Positions 34,901 through 43,841 of a DNA stretch of 64,000 bases are shown here, piece after piece; the stretch's first letter is position 1, and each line of letters starts with the position of its first letter. The position numbers and the translations under genes were made by a program. Below the pieces are notes generated by a model. The model was not told the origin of the DNA, searched no databases, and worked only from the letters and a program-made list of their open reading frames with translations. This DNA comes from Monocercomonoides exilis PA203 (lineage: Eukaryota > Protista > Preaxostyla): NCBI GenBank assembly GCA_001643675.2, contig LSRY02000005.1:682001-746000 (forward strand). Direction: 5' to 3'.

Positions 34901-34971
34901 AGTCTGGAAGCAGAAGCAGAAGCAGAAGCGAGAGAGGAAATGAGAATGTGAAAGAGAATAAAGTTGGGTGA
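22963..34971 (+). CDS. Giant type-I membrane protein (4002 aa): Pmp-like/right-handed beta-helix ectodomain, single TM helix, cytoplasmic TK/TKL-like pseudokinase
   Basis: Uninterrupted 12-kb ORF. Hydrophobic N-terminus; recurring GGG/GGA(I/V) and FxxN/FxxC motifs; 8 CGx5-6(P)C caps; TM IWPIIVVVLAVLFLIVLVGFIVFVV at ~33586-33660 followed by RWRR; YLRWRAPELL..SVVFSMGMMLWEC..IPF. Confidence 0.85.
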   Translation: MMSCFVFIFLFCANLSCDAGEFYFLEKLRKNDFRKDVVVRDILEPLCDCERSRECLPENACLHRLREIDKDNRRRLYGLASISAPVSICNSSLSFYSLQLNSEGDDAVASLSDQSTFFVGNCLLSLSQVSGADFVHSWGGSMCFFNLSLALSGPNCLVHSLVSFPEASAQQAHRNSIKIMDSSFSSFGLFDSQPLVQSSCCDVIKIELCSFENISQEHARNNVSCAQCSSFTLASCIICSIANPTEGCIAPRISDGSLHFLNSSFLRCSKTAGQKINHTGSENTLVDNCLYENVNGTSISHISTGSCVVTNTDFFNSRECLCINPNYFSVFNSINNTFNLLIKNSFVNCISPCKGEGPFTISNNNMTSCEAIWGGGCIHIHRGFTKNDIISDCSFKNCFVTGRDVHCNGGGAIWNGEGAKVSYSNVAFENCCANETVGGAIYFDSRDISLVHHSSLSFCLFVDCDALGDGKDIYAESPWQDILKESQFKWCLTSNFAEANRLVFGVGGDKSSWIGKNEIYVDTMGRDEPLCGWKTNPCLTVRNSVRDATSAKKDHPSRININAGSYVEQPLVIDSKYLVFEGSSNYGTKLSASSVNAKALVEVSSGYASMLGLFIVRNSSASTEQPLFSVSSASGELVLCLCKISAEPSQVSPFTTAFAAVSAGLLNVSSTTVESMIFSDVSAVRMESSTLHCFNFENASFRGITRSEGSGSVFDVTLASGDELDLDEVSFSRCVCSKGDGGSVSCVLEGGGRLMLGTTKRIEMEGCGVPQDSIRKGKGGGVHLKVVGSSSNFAICDAGFGGCTAWKGNNIFVDAISLSVSITRSTFGFVETGMSDDDLMGFEEEWRADPVPLLAYLQVFSGAAVVGGAKRRDFSGCGTANYPCGSIGYAAGLRFGSRKRIITLNGDFEWTESVVFDAFGWEVKSPTRGQETKVSSGGTSTAEGMVTVEIGSLIANLSLSAATELGRHSWFILCQCGELSMADCSLKCSSSGNAAFGFGFIKINGGSLLLSRFSTASQIGFGSGSLISLSGAGMLNCDGCTMNSIRKTSGNGGCISIEKNSLLGNSGCREITIDGCTFSDCCVGGNGGEGGEGGGVSAWLGENDILAVNGSSCFEECLAPSEEGSGGKGGGMCLRCGDESFSFEIRNEVEFSKVKGNKAEFGKDVFVGCESGVLLSQMINSSSLGFFDSMKQPTDALGLSGSENGSDSVVIPLHAYLCRLQSEIITDSGNGVDHTHCGYASFACLSIDHCVGSRISDTLHNIKVVSRSVIQQEISISSTSANIYSEALVPVSVRDTGGTTQEGLVMCLSPVFLSNLSLSVPRAFGAARKAFLLCSSSLSIANCCVECSSENAGDPVSFSVIFVKRGDLVVSGFTMEVGVAFTTSPIWIWGYNAVTMENSSVCGMRRMNGDGGCLYINEANGDGKSITIQKCNFSGMCDEGNGIRGGGIMGNVGSGNALSVKSTSFENCMVPSDGSENGGKGLGGGMYLCLKESIGSLAFDNISFRSCNAWKGKELFVDGEDLRQIVGDWLQCFKTETILAEDMMGFERSTTNREFHIPLMLYFRAFEEPCFIGGAEEKSLDYTGCGFSDYPCGTLPYGGFVRFGDSKAHLRLTDRFCFADAIILSSQEMDIDAGANGTEINVLSDGAGEGEGLIETSNAISFSGIAFNVSTTFTAAERKSLFLCCGSALSLVDCSVSAQSKKIGFGYVIVRGGSLHVLRGVLNEIELVGAPVVELSGSGSRCTMEDVEWNNLKTGSAEGLVVAKSSSHVEMKNSKVSGPTKFENHGVLFVEESSSAAVEKSNFSLLTRNEGNGVVIVVRVGGGKTLSVDCCSFTTISCMASGSQGGSVIASVSANGELLFNNNTVEESKVRKADGLGGGLHMEFLSSEVGYSMKNNIFRSNDAMLGYDVYLVCPAPRMTIDRNKWAGSATEGQEEETMWVIDPSFPDGTDTLLKYLFPRADEIIYVNTLNGQTDKCGADDYPCVELWYASRKMTEEKRILRVLSSCELSGAIEKENVSITIEGKGEDGSRVIVGKEGHLKMGVGTTLTTLTISKIGFELPGASDFAELVEVGVGKTYFVECTFGSADPEAPAETSMRIITGRGGRISLDGVTIKNMEYKADYGIFLSGEVGCTFDSVEVSNIRSSGKGMVVGEGGTEVLVNELRSTNCTFGNGGFVVLKKVKMLKWKNGTSMTDCRNEGGNGGCGFISVEGESDVEMNGTSIRSCSVNEEGGRGGGLYLEISENRLVRMKLTEMGFAENCAFEGKDMFVLSTDVNATVVRERFAFQLQNERNESVVDLKGTDDALLGGSVVDLLLFLIQRKENTILVSRGGMDILGCGSAEFGCLSFWRGYENIDLEAPNRVMQIDTGANIKNHFDLSSFKVVSRKADERCVVLFEDALEGGEEKSVIRNTKELKLELVQLSLPSSFTNNENVLLHSSSADSCLSLNGCTFKCSSASDLEFCLICSEGGDVQLESCDFSSLSFSSTPVLLNSSCEIIGCNFSSISAKWSQKGGAVCVELVGEATFSMSQTETVGCGCSEEQGKGGFAFVECQGALVENPFVFGEDVSFAGHKAQRGKNIFIWAGDLNKTVTLSTFCFDFRKSGEDELLFCGRDLVWEDTTLLRFLEAFTSATIFVSSGGYDIMRCGSAEDPCRSVWKGMRQMEGGAGQKWMKIADETTVQDMFVLSNFVFEHEETEEDSRGMLIFASRTADRSDAGIRSEGDVQLKRISVVVSEGFWNEQQYSLVGKSGLIGMSGCSFVAETRGDVAAKVGLLAMESGVVNVRKLVVENVMSEVGVFAMGKGCECVMQEVVGSGCTFSGEGFVKIASGGNRKEGKNGVGCSVAMNESTFQLISRSSNGPAIISSAGCVAELSIRGCAFDSCKAVGSEKGGGVFEELESEGALSMIKSSVIQCGCDNGRGKGGGIYIYASFEGALPFVFEKMTFKGNSAKVGNDVFVECVDIERQINETQFCFDLRETAYTRLNAIYGMDRTSHQSDTNLMDFITIHQADTIILSSAPSKNGRNERQCGTLKLPCLTMGYGLSHLTNDVESRLLVDEESFVEKEMDLEDVSVASRRDDASKVSIFRDIPQTRGSVITARGSVSVTNIEFFFGSDFSTAHRVLVAAEAGSLSLLSCSFAQSQEESSTQAIGLGLISAEGGEVEISKMNISRIWLCGESAIGIVDSEESEESEGRVVLSEMKVEDVVLDEGAFILIEGARSLSEQAKNGRERLVELKAVSFNNVSSAQEEGGVIGCSTFNEGIYFDNCSFGNTSSKSEGGSVMTFCRCSSVSIYWNVLRGELGYSERGGNKEEAEICGWATSAVSFVNSTATLKDTTIENFSKGGVRVTGGQLLIEKGEFVGNDPRIEGYPSTRRNIVCGGKGSVNVGSLKGGDGQEKNGSLWMLNEGCKLSGIVEERKASLFVPTLESVAVEEEGAELKVAFKGQLLLPCNLSFRVVTAIRSEALVVRYEFESEGFVSEDETWGKIPSNSIREVEEEAEVTVSILFGDKEAPSSTEAIILKNKSKIQAAGDDIIVEGGKERKSIWPIIVVVLAVLFLIVLVGFIVFVVRWRRAKIENNDLREIVNDNIRKDPKAFEMVTMEMSPEEQWRRAEREAEKKNEERIKKRVYEKSLGHSESSEHLLSECGSTEYILGRDSDKIPQWMLEKIDEKEIEDEETRKRTPSPSISSTSTTDSDSTFIRPESMCPTTSSMSNLVDAMACSSPHEKLIVDLRDSLFMLLHGRNKTKEMAIGTVEERMATGAQILFWVGNVALHSFGEMEVPLESLDRLSPHIVLFSEHMVICVVMHSGSSSSEDSDSSSVSSLSVVSSSSNVSVMSERFTDSPPPSSAFEDEEGEKEYLRWRAPELLEGRKKHATKKSVVFSMGMMLWECVALAIPFGEYDAETAGEKVRHGERPGVWREEWAAGEVVESMVRQKAGERATLVDVKRELFKHFPSGTVFVTMSDAIDCYGSGWCGSGDGRDESGSRSRSRSERGNENVKENKVG

Positions 34972-35473
34972 TAACAAATAAAATTAAACGAAATGAAGAA
35001 TTGAAATGAATTTGAAAGCGATCTTTTCTCTTCTTGATTTTGGATGCACTCCTTTTTGGAGAGCCACTTTTTGTTTGTTCTGTTGTTTGCGTTGTTTGAG
35101 AGTGTATGTATTTACCGTTTTGGGTTTCTGTTTTGCGTCGAATGCATGCATGTATGTATTATTGTTGAGATTATGTTATGAGAACCATTGAACCCTTTTG
35201 CTTGAAGCTTGAAAAAGAACAAAAATGTTCAATTTAAATTCTTTGAATGAACACAACGTTCTTTGTCGACTTTTTGGCAAAGGGGATGTTTGCAAGAGCG
35301 AAACACATTTTCTTTGTTTGAGAGCTTTAATTTTGACTTATCTGTTATTTGAGTATTTTTTTGACGTTTTGAGTTGATTCAACATTTCTTACTTTTTCAA
35401 TCAAGTTATTATTCAATAAAAATTTATAATGGTTGCTCGAACATTTTTTTCTTTAAGTTTCTTTCTTTTTCCA

Positions 35474-36923
35474 ATGGGGGGAAGTCATTCAAAAGTGAAA
35501 GAGCTCGGAACAAAGCTCTATATAACTGTTTTCAAAGCTACAAAATTAAAACCTGGATTTTATCGCAAGCCATATGTGAAAAGTGTTGAATCTTTATAAC
35601 TTCTAATTTTTCATGCTTTATCAAAATTACATTTTGTAGTCAGTGTTGGCAGGAAAGAAATATGCACGTCATTTGGACAAGGCGTAAATCCAATGGTTAA
35701 GATTTTTTTTATGGATGTTTTGATAATTTTTGCTTTTTAACGTCTAAACACAGTTTATGGAAAGGTTTTGCTTTGAATATGACGCATCTGATGGAGATGC
35801 AATTGTTCAAGTGTGGGATAGTGGAATGTGCTTCACTAACGAGTTTTTAGGAGAAATTAAATTTCCTCTTGAGCCATTCCTTCGTTCAGAGAAAAGGCGA
35901 ACATTCAAGCTTTTCCACGATAAAAATCCAAATCCAGGAAATATTGATTTAAGTGTATTCCTTTGCCCTGCTGGATATGTACTTGATCGTAAGGAAGTAC
36001 GATTGTTTTTTTATTTGCATTCAATAATGTTTATTATTTTATCATAAAAGAATCGACTTTCTAGCGTTACAGAAGGAATTGTACGCCCACCTAGGCCACT
36101 TATGTCTCCGAGCAGTGCAACAACTCCATCTCTTCCATATTACTGTAGAATCGATTATCCTGCTCCAGAAAAAATCATTTCAACACCTTCATATTTCGGG
36201 CTTTTCCTTGTGAACAAACGTCAAGATGCTCGTATACGCGAGAAACAAGATATGGACAAACTGAAAAGTGCAATACTCGAATTGTATAGGCAAAAAGAGC
36301 AGATTGATCCAGATAACATAGAGCTAATGAGTCAAGCAGAAATGAGACTTGAAATGACACTTGCTCATGCACAGCTGGCAGCAGACGTATCGTTTTTGGA
36401 TCTGAATGAAACCGAAGAAGAAGCACTGGAGAATTTGAAGCATCGTGTGGAGATAGAAACATCGAGATACAAAAAGAAAATACAAGAGCTGGAGCAGGAA
36501 CGATTGGACAAAATTGAAAAAGAAAGGCTGAAGAAAGAAAAGAAAGCCAAAAAACTTCAAAAGAAATTAGAGTTAGAACGGCTTCGCATGGAGTTAGCAG
36601 AAAAAGCGGAGAGAAAAAGATTGGAAAAGCAAAATAAAGAAAGAGGAGAAGAAATAGAGCTTGAAAAAATTGAAGAAGGCAATGAGGACAATGAAGAAGA
36701 TTCTCCTGAAGAAGAAGAAACAGTGGGAACACCTGCTGAAGCACACGGACAGAATGCGAACGAAAGAGAAGAAACAAACAATGAGGAGTCAAACACAAGA
36801 GATGCATCAATTCACGATGAAGATAACGAATTTATTAGGCCTCAGAGCAATCAAGGAGCAAATGAAGGAAATAGCAATGCCAATCATAACATGTCAAACA
36901 TGCTTCAAGAAAGCACACTTTGA
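35474..36923 (+). CDS. C2-domain plus coiled-coil protein with N-myristoylation-type start, ~426 aa. Exons 35474-35582, 35640-35695, 35754-35996, 36051-36923
   Basis: Spliced translation MGGSHSK..LYITVFKATKLK..KPYVKISVG..GVNPMFMERFCF..IVQVWDSG..NEFLGEIKFPL follows the C2 strand pattern. E/K-rich helical C-terminal half. Three GT-AG introns keep the frame. Confidence 0.75.
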
Positions 36924-37586
36924 TTTTATTTTTATTCATTTTGAATGATTGTTGGATTATCTTAATGTTTTATTGTGAATGCTTGCAATTTTGATTGCTT
37001 TCTTACTTAAACCGCTTTCATTTCACACCTAGTTCAAATTTAATATTTTTGCTTTTTGTTGTTTATTACTCACTATTTCACTTCATTTTTTTGTTCGTTG
37101 ATTTGGATATTTTTAAAACAAGAAGAAAGGAAGAATCATATTAAGACATCATTTTGTTCATTGAACTGTTAACTTGAAAATATAGTTCCGATGTGATGAA
37201 GAACCAAAAAAACAAATTATTAAATGAACTATTATCAAGTTGATTTTTTCCCCGATCGAAATAAAGAGAAATGAAATAATGAAAAGCCAACATTTTTTTC
37301 TTTGACATCAGGCTTTTTTAAAATACAAATTATTTCTTTCACGAGCAAACTGATGTGCCTTTGATGAAATATTTCTTTTTTGATAAATATATTTCAAGCA
37401 TCTTTGTAATTTAATTCAAACAAAAGATTAAATTTGAAGAAACTTTTAAAGAAAAGAAACATATTCACAAAATATCAACAATTATGAAATGAAAATGATT
37501 CAAAATAAAATGTTCACGAAAACAAAACCAAAATTTAATGAAAAAGAAACACAAGAACACAGAAAAACGAAAAATAAGTTTAATAT

Positions 37587-40500
37587 CTATTGCTCCCAAT
37601 ACTCAAGTTGCTGGAACAAAGGATGCTCAGCAGGCGATGTGGTGCTTGGATTCAAAGCTGGCGCAGCTTCGCCTTCAGCACTTTCAAACCTTGCTGTGGC
37701 TGTATTCAGCACCTTGTTAACAAGATCGAACAAAGCCCGGCCACAGCCACTGACCTTCTCCACTATGTAGAAAAGAATGAAGTCGCAGTCAGCCTTCAGT
37801 TGAGTAAGCACTGCTTTTGAGAGTGAGTATTCTCTAAGTGATTCTGTCCATGTCTATTCAAAGAAGAAGAAGAAGAAAGTTATCATATTTACATTTGAAT
37901 TAATTGTGAATATCAATATATATTTCGTTAATCATAAAGAATAAAGGCAAAATTCTTTTGAACATAAAAAATACAATTTCACAAACCGTAAACGCCTTAA
38001 ACATGATCTTCACGAAAATGTCCTGCACGTCTTTGTAATCTGGCTCAATCAGTTCTTCCACACGTCGTACATTCTTCGGTGCCTGTGAAGAAGACGCACG
38101 CGAAGTCACCATCATCGCCTCAGCCTCTTCTGCAGTGCCAACAGGCGTGCTTGTCGAAGCAGAGGCCTGTGCAAACACAGACACTGTGACTGTCTCCTCG
38201 ACAACCTCGCAATGCGCAGAGAATCCCACAAACAGCTCGTTCAACTCGCTCCACACACGCTTTGCTTCGTGGCAGAACAGTGCAGCAAAGATAGACGGCT
38301 CTTCCTTTGCATACCCCTTCTTTTCTTTTTCACTCTCGGAAGTTCTGTGATTGTCTTCGTTTTCTGTTTTTGACGCTTTCCAGGAATCATTCCACACAAG
38401 TGAAATCAACTCTTCCCTCAACATGCATCCCAGTCTCTCAGCCTCAGCAGCTGCATATCTTCTATGCAGCATATTGACAGCTTTCAAGAACAGCTTTCTA
38501 TGCGATTTCAGCTCTTCCAATTTTTGTGAGAGCTCTTCGCTGTTTGGACCACTGATCGAACCCTTGCTCAAATTATACTCTGAATCAAGCTCTTCAATCA
38601 CTGCATCCAGCACATCAGGCAGATGTCTGGCAACAGAAGCAGCTCGGAGCAGAGATGAAACATGCAGCGAGTGGTCGCACTGCTTGAATGCTTCGCACAC
38701 ACGTCCCAATGACAGCTTCACTAATTCCAGATACTCCCTAATATCCACTTGAGTTTCCAGTGTTGATGGAGAAGATGAAAGAGAACTGGCTGGTTGCTCG
38801 TCAGCTTTTGCATTGCTAGTTTGCTTTCCGCACAAAGAATTATGAACAGCCATTTTGTACTCGTCGAAGCTGAGTGGATCGATTAAGATACCAACATTTG
38901 CTTTTAACGAGTCTGGAAGAGATGGATATGCATTCCACGATGATGAAGCAGCAACAGGCAGATTTGATGAAGATGCCATGATTGAAGAAGATGAAGCAGT
39001 CTGAGAAATAGAATTTGAATGAAGTGTAATTGTGTTTCCAGTTTGATTGGTCAAATGCGCATTGGATGCTGCAATAGATGAAACGAATGAAGAAAAAGGT
39101 ATGTCTTTCTTTGAGGAAGCCAAAACAGACTGAGATTGTGCCTGTGAATGAGATGGATCAACAGCATCCCTCCAAACATTAAGGCTGTCGTGCAGATGGG
39201 TTAGAAGATAATGAAGCATGCTGCCATTTGCAGAGCAGCAAACAGATGTGTTTGATAAATAAGAGGATGAAATGGAGTAAAAAGCAGAATTGTAAATGCT
39301 TAAAGAGTCGCTCCCTTCGTTCAGGTATTCATCCACTGCCCATCCAATCACTGACAGATAGCGTTCAAGTTCCTCAAAGCTAAGTCCAGAAATAGACTTG
39401 TCTGCATTTTCAAGCAAAGAGATAAACAGCTCTGGCCATAAGATCATCCTTTGAGACATGCTGTTCCCGCTTCTTTGCATCGCAGTGTTGGGGAAAGAAG
39501 AAACAAAAGACTGAGAAGAATCTGATTGAGAGGGAGCTGACGATGCAAATCTTTTATCATTCTTTCTCAGCACATTCGCAAACTGCTCGTCTTCTTCGAC
39601 GTTGAAGGATCGCCATTCTCGAAAATCACTTCTGCACAAAAGGAATTCAATCATAAAATCGAAAAATTTATTCAATTCGTCTAAAAGCTCTTCCTTATAT
39701 ATCGCTGAGTTGTCTATCTTCATCAGCCTCTTACTGCATAATATCATGGGCTTCAGCTCCTTCATCATTTCATCCAGCGAATTTCTGATTGTACTTACCA
39801 CTTCATCTCCTGTGAGTCTCTTAATTAAAATAAGCTCAGCTGAATCTCTTTGATTGCCTTGAGCTGGACTCGAGTCATCTGGCTTGCGTTCTTTATCGTT
39901 TTTATCCTGAGAGTTTTTCAAGTTTCTGTCAGAACTATCAGAATTTGACAGAAGTGCGTTGCTGTTCTTCTTCAATCTGTCTTCTTTGCCATCAACCGAA
40001 TCTTCAGAATTGCTCTCATCGTCGCTGTCTCCATCGCTGTCCTCATTCGTCTGACGCGATTCATACAGATTCATTCTATAAGCGTTTCCTTTGTCAGAAG
40101 TTTGTGATCCGTTTCTTTTATCATTTTGCTCATTTTGTTCATTCTCCTTCATCGGAAGCTGCCACAAAGCATCAGTCAGATCATCGTCTTCTCCAAAGTC
40201 ACGCTCTTTGGATGACATTTCTCTGCCCTGCTGTCGTTCGAACTGATGCAGCACAAACCCACCAGCTGCTCCTGCTGTTAACATTTGTGCTGATGAAACT
40301 GATGGCTGCAAAGAACTCATACTACAACTCAGCCTTGTTGAATCTGATGTTGATATCTGAGGTATCAACGAATTCATTGCTCCAACAGCTGTTGACATTT
40401 TCGTTCGTGTCAGAAATCCCCCAGACGCCCACTCCATGTTCTTCTGCTTTGTGAAGAGAGGCGACGGTGCAGTAAACACAGAATTCATTACTCGGCTCAA

Positions 40501-42913
40501 GCCAGCACGAATTCGAACAAAAGCGTAATGAATAAACTCAGACTGAACTCTTTTGATTGTTTCTGAAGCAAACAAGGTGATTGCAGATGGAAGTCCCGAA
40601 GCAAAACGAGAAGTCCTCGAAGGCATCGATGAAGAGCGGAGATACGACGCAGAAGAGGCAGACTCTGCCCACTCCATCGTTTTGTCCTGTTCTGCATGAA
40701 GAAGACTCAGCTCTGTGGCCATCGAGCGCATGTTGTCGCAGAGCAGAGACAGCGCAGCAATAACATGCTCGGCGTTGGCAGCGGGCCCTGGGTCGCATCT
40801 GGCGCAGCTCCTCTGATGCAGCGGAATGAAAGACAGAAGAGATAGTGAGTGCGAATTGCTCGGCTGTGAAGACAAAACTGATGAGGATGAAGAAAGAGGG
40901 TGTGATGTGGCAGAAAGGGAGGAAGGCTGCTGAGGAGGGTTGAGCGTGGCTGAAGGAGAAACCGCATCACCCAGCGTGCTTTTGTCTGCAGATTTGAATG
41001 TGGTTGAGGCCATTGCACGTTTAATATCCAGTGACTTTAGTGCAGCCATCACCGAGTTTTGTGTCGAAATCCCAAAAAGATCGAATGAGTCATCATCATC
41101 ATCGTCCTTTTCAGAGATTGTGTTTGATCTCCTTTCACTTTGTTTGATTGGAGTGTCGTCTTGTGCATCATCTTCCTCATTTCCTTCTTCCGATTCTGCC
41201 TTCATCTGTTTCCGCAGCCTCGAACTTAACTCGTTGAGTATCTGTATTTCTCGCTTCTGCCGCCCAAACAGCAGCTGCTTGGTGATGATGTTACCGTAGT
41301 GCTCAAACACATGCTGCTTGAAAAAACTGACAAGCTCAGCGTCAAAACGCGGCTCAGAGAACAAAGCGCTGTATTCTCTGCAGAACGAAACAAAATGCAA
41401 CAGAAGTTTTGTGTTCAAGTCGATGCCCCGTGGCTGAAGCGGTTGCAATGCTGCCAAATTGGCAGCAGCTGTTGCAGCAGAATCTGAAGAGGAATTGCCA
41501 TCGGATGCACCGGGGAAGGGGCGAGAGGAAGAAGAAGAAGAAGAAGAGGAGGAGGAGGAGCCATAAGGTGGAGGGTGGTGGTGAAGTGAAGGTGTCACTA
41601 TCGATGGAGTAGAACCCAGCAGCGTAGAAAGATCCATCGGAACAGGAAGATCATCATCAGCTGCGCCATCTTTAGAGCGCTGTGTGGATGAAGCAGGCAA
41701 AGCGGAGGAAGGAGAAGTCGAGTGAGGTGGGGGTGGGGGTGGAGGTGGAGGACGCTTTTGATTTTGAAGCAATGAGGAGGCAGAAGAAGTGGAAGAAGCA
41801 GATGCTGCGTATGGCGCATCTGAAGAGCCCTCTCTTTTGGCTGCTGCTGGAGACAATGAAGTGTTGCGCAATGTATCCAAAAGCCAGTCGTGCGATTCCA
41901 ATTGCGATAGCATTTTTTCTATTTGCTTCGCTTCGCTTGCGAATTTTCAGAGAACGTAATGAGAGAGCGTGTTTTTTTAAAATGTTTTAAAAATAAAAAT
42001 TTTTTTTATCTTTTGCATAAATTATTCAATGCTACAAACTATTCAAGAAGTTGTTGGGAAATTGAATCTTTATCTGCTCCAAGTTGAAGCAAAAGACTAA
42101 CATCTGCAATTATATTCTCTAATTGGCGAGATTTATCTGATATTCGCTCTTCAAGAATACCTTGAAGGCGATTTGCTATCAGCTTCGCTTCGTTGGCCTC
42201 TGATTTGAAAGATGGTTCATTGGGAAAGACTTTCACTGCACGTTGTGATTGAAGGTAGTATTTTACGACTTGGTCATACGCTCCCATGTTCATGGCTGTT
42301 CGTATTTTTGTTGGTATTTCATGAAGAATTTTGATCTGGATTAAAAAGTTAGCGAAAAAAAATAAAGGAAATTTTTTTGTCAGACTTTTGATACGAGATG
42401 ATGTACTGCTGTAAGTTGTTCCAATTGTTCTCTACGTTCCCCAAGATGAATATCAACTTGGCCCGTCTCTTGATCAATTTGTTGAACTGTCGATGACAGA
42501 ATATCGAGATGATCTTCCATTCCATTCACCTTTTCTTTCATCTGCTGAAACGATTCTCCTGCGTCAATAAACTTGCTATAATTTTGATATACCAAAGATT
42601 GTAGTTTTGTATCAAGCTGTCTCATTTCTAAATATAAAAAATTATTGAAAAGGATTTTTTGGGAAAAAAAAAATAACATTTCCAAATTACAATAAGCACG
42701 AATATAGATTCTACCTGATTCAGATTCTATCTCTCTCTTTCGAAGCTGCTGAAGAGTGGCAGTAGGAATAATTCGTCTAAGATCCTCTTGCGCGTCATAT
42801 GTTGGACCGTCAATGTTTGTTGGATCTTTAATAACTTTTGATTCATTTGATGGTAAATTTACACCATAGAAATTTTGGAGTAATGACCTAATACGTGTAT
42901 GGCTATCAGCCAT
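37587..42913 (-). CDS. VPS51: GARP/EARP subunit Vps51 (Ang2), ~1650 aa. Exons 42913-42715, 42627-42386, 42335-42040, 41935-37987, 37853-37587
   Basis: N-terminal RSLLQNFYG..DPTNIDGPTYD..EMRQLDTKLQSLVYQNYSKFIDA and C-terminal KIMFKAFT|TWTESLR..LTQLKADCDFI match Vps51. Four GT-AG introns give one open frame; the acceptor at 41936 is the least certain. Confidence 0.85.
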
Positions 42914-43080
42914 CCAATATTGAAAAATAATGATGGGTAATTTTCAATGAATTCTTTTTCCATTAATTTTAATAATTTCACAAAATGTGTTTAAAAATAT
43001 TTTAAACAGACATACAAGAAAATGCAATATTTTGTACGAATTTTTTGAAATGAATGAATGATTTTTTTTTTTGAATTTTT

Positions 43081-43449
43081 CTAACTCTCAAAATGAAGAG
43101 GCTTCTTTCTTCCACACTTGTGCTTTATTGGTTCCCTTGCTTCCTTTGGTGGTGGTGGAGTAGTTCCAGGAACATGAATTACACTTTTTTGTTCTTTGAA
43201 TTCTCCAGAGCCTTTAACCATGTGGAAAAGCGTTTCGCTAATGCTCATTGTTGAAAATGGAACAACAAACGAAAATCCATCCGCAGAATGAAGTGAAACA
43301 TATTCGACTGTATCAGAAACTTCTTCCAGCATGCCAGTTACATCTCTTGTATTTTCCTCAGTGTCAAAATGAGGATTATGCTCAAAGTGAACTGTCCCAT
43401 TCCATATTTCGCGACAATTGGTTAAATAACTAGCATCTGACATTTCCAT
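43081..43449 (-). CDS. Small protein with the N-terminal half of an Elongin C/Skp1 (BTB/POZ) domain, 122 aa
   Basis: EYVSLHSADGFSFVV..SISETLFHMVKGSGEFKE resembles the Elongin C segment YVKLISSDGHEFIV..SGTIKAMLSGPGQFAE. The C-terminal half of the fold is not found. Confidence 0.55.
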   Translation of the reverse strand: MEMSDASYLTNCREIWNGTVHFEHNPHFDTEENTRDVTGMLEEVSDTVEYVSLHSADGFSFVVPFSTMSISETLFHMVKGSGEFKEQKSVIHVPGTTPPPPKEAREPIKHKCGRKKPLHFES

Positions 43450-43841
43450 TATGGTATTTTTTCAACAGAAAAAAAAGTTTAATATTCAAAATACTAATCT
43501 GTGTTTTCGCGGGAATTTTGAGGAAAATAATAAAAAATTTCACAATTCAATTTATAAATGATAAGTTTCATGCGCATGGGGAATGCATTATTAAACAATC
43601 AATTAATTCAACCTTTAACTTTGCATATTTCCCTTTCCTTTTAAAATAAAATCTAACTATTAATAATATAAACAATATTATGGTTTTAATTAGATGCAAT
43701 CAAAGAAATCTTCTTAATTTTAAGCGATTAATTGGGCGAACAGTAAGGATCACAAATGTTAACACAAGTTTGCTAATTGTACATTTTGACAGAAAAATCA
43801 AAAACTTTAATTATTATTATGTTAAATATTTCTAAATAAAC

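Noticed and set aside
22963-34971. Bacterial contamination or a recent HGT of a Pmp autotransporter
   Set aside because: There is no C-terminal beta-barrel; it has a eukaryotic TM plus kinase-like tail, a paralogue in the same window, and contiguous intron-containing neighbours. An ancient origin of the fold is not excluded.
43690-43800. Extra upstream exon(s) for CDC25
   Set aside because: No splice combination I tried joined in frame to 43842; left unresolved.
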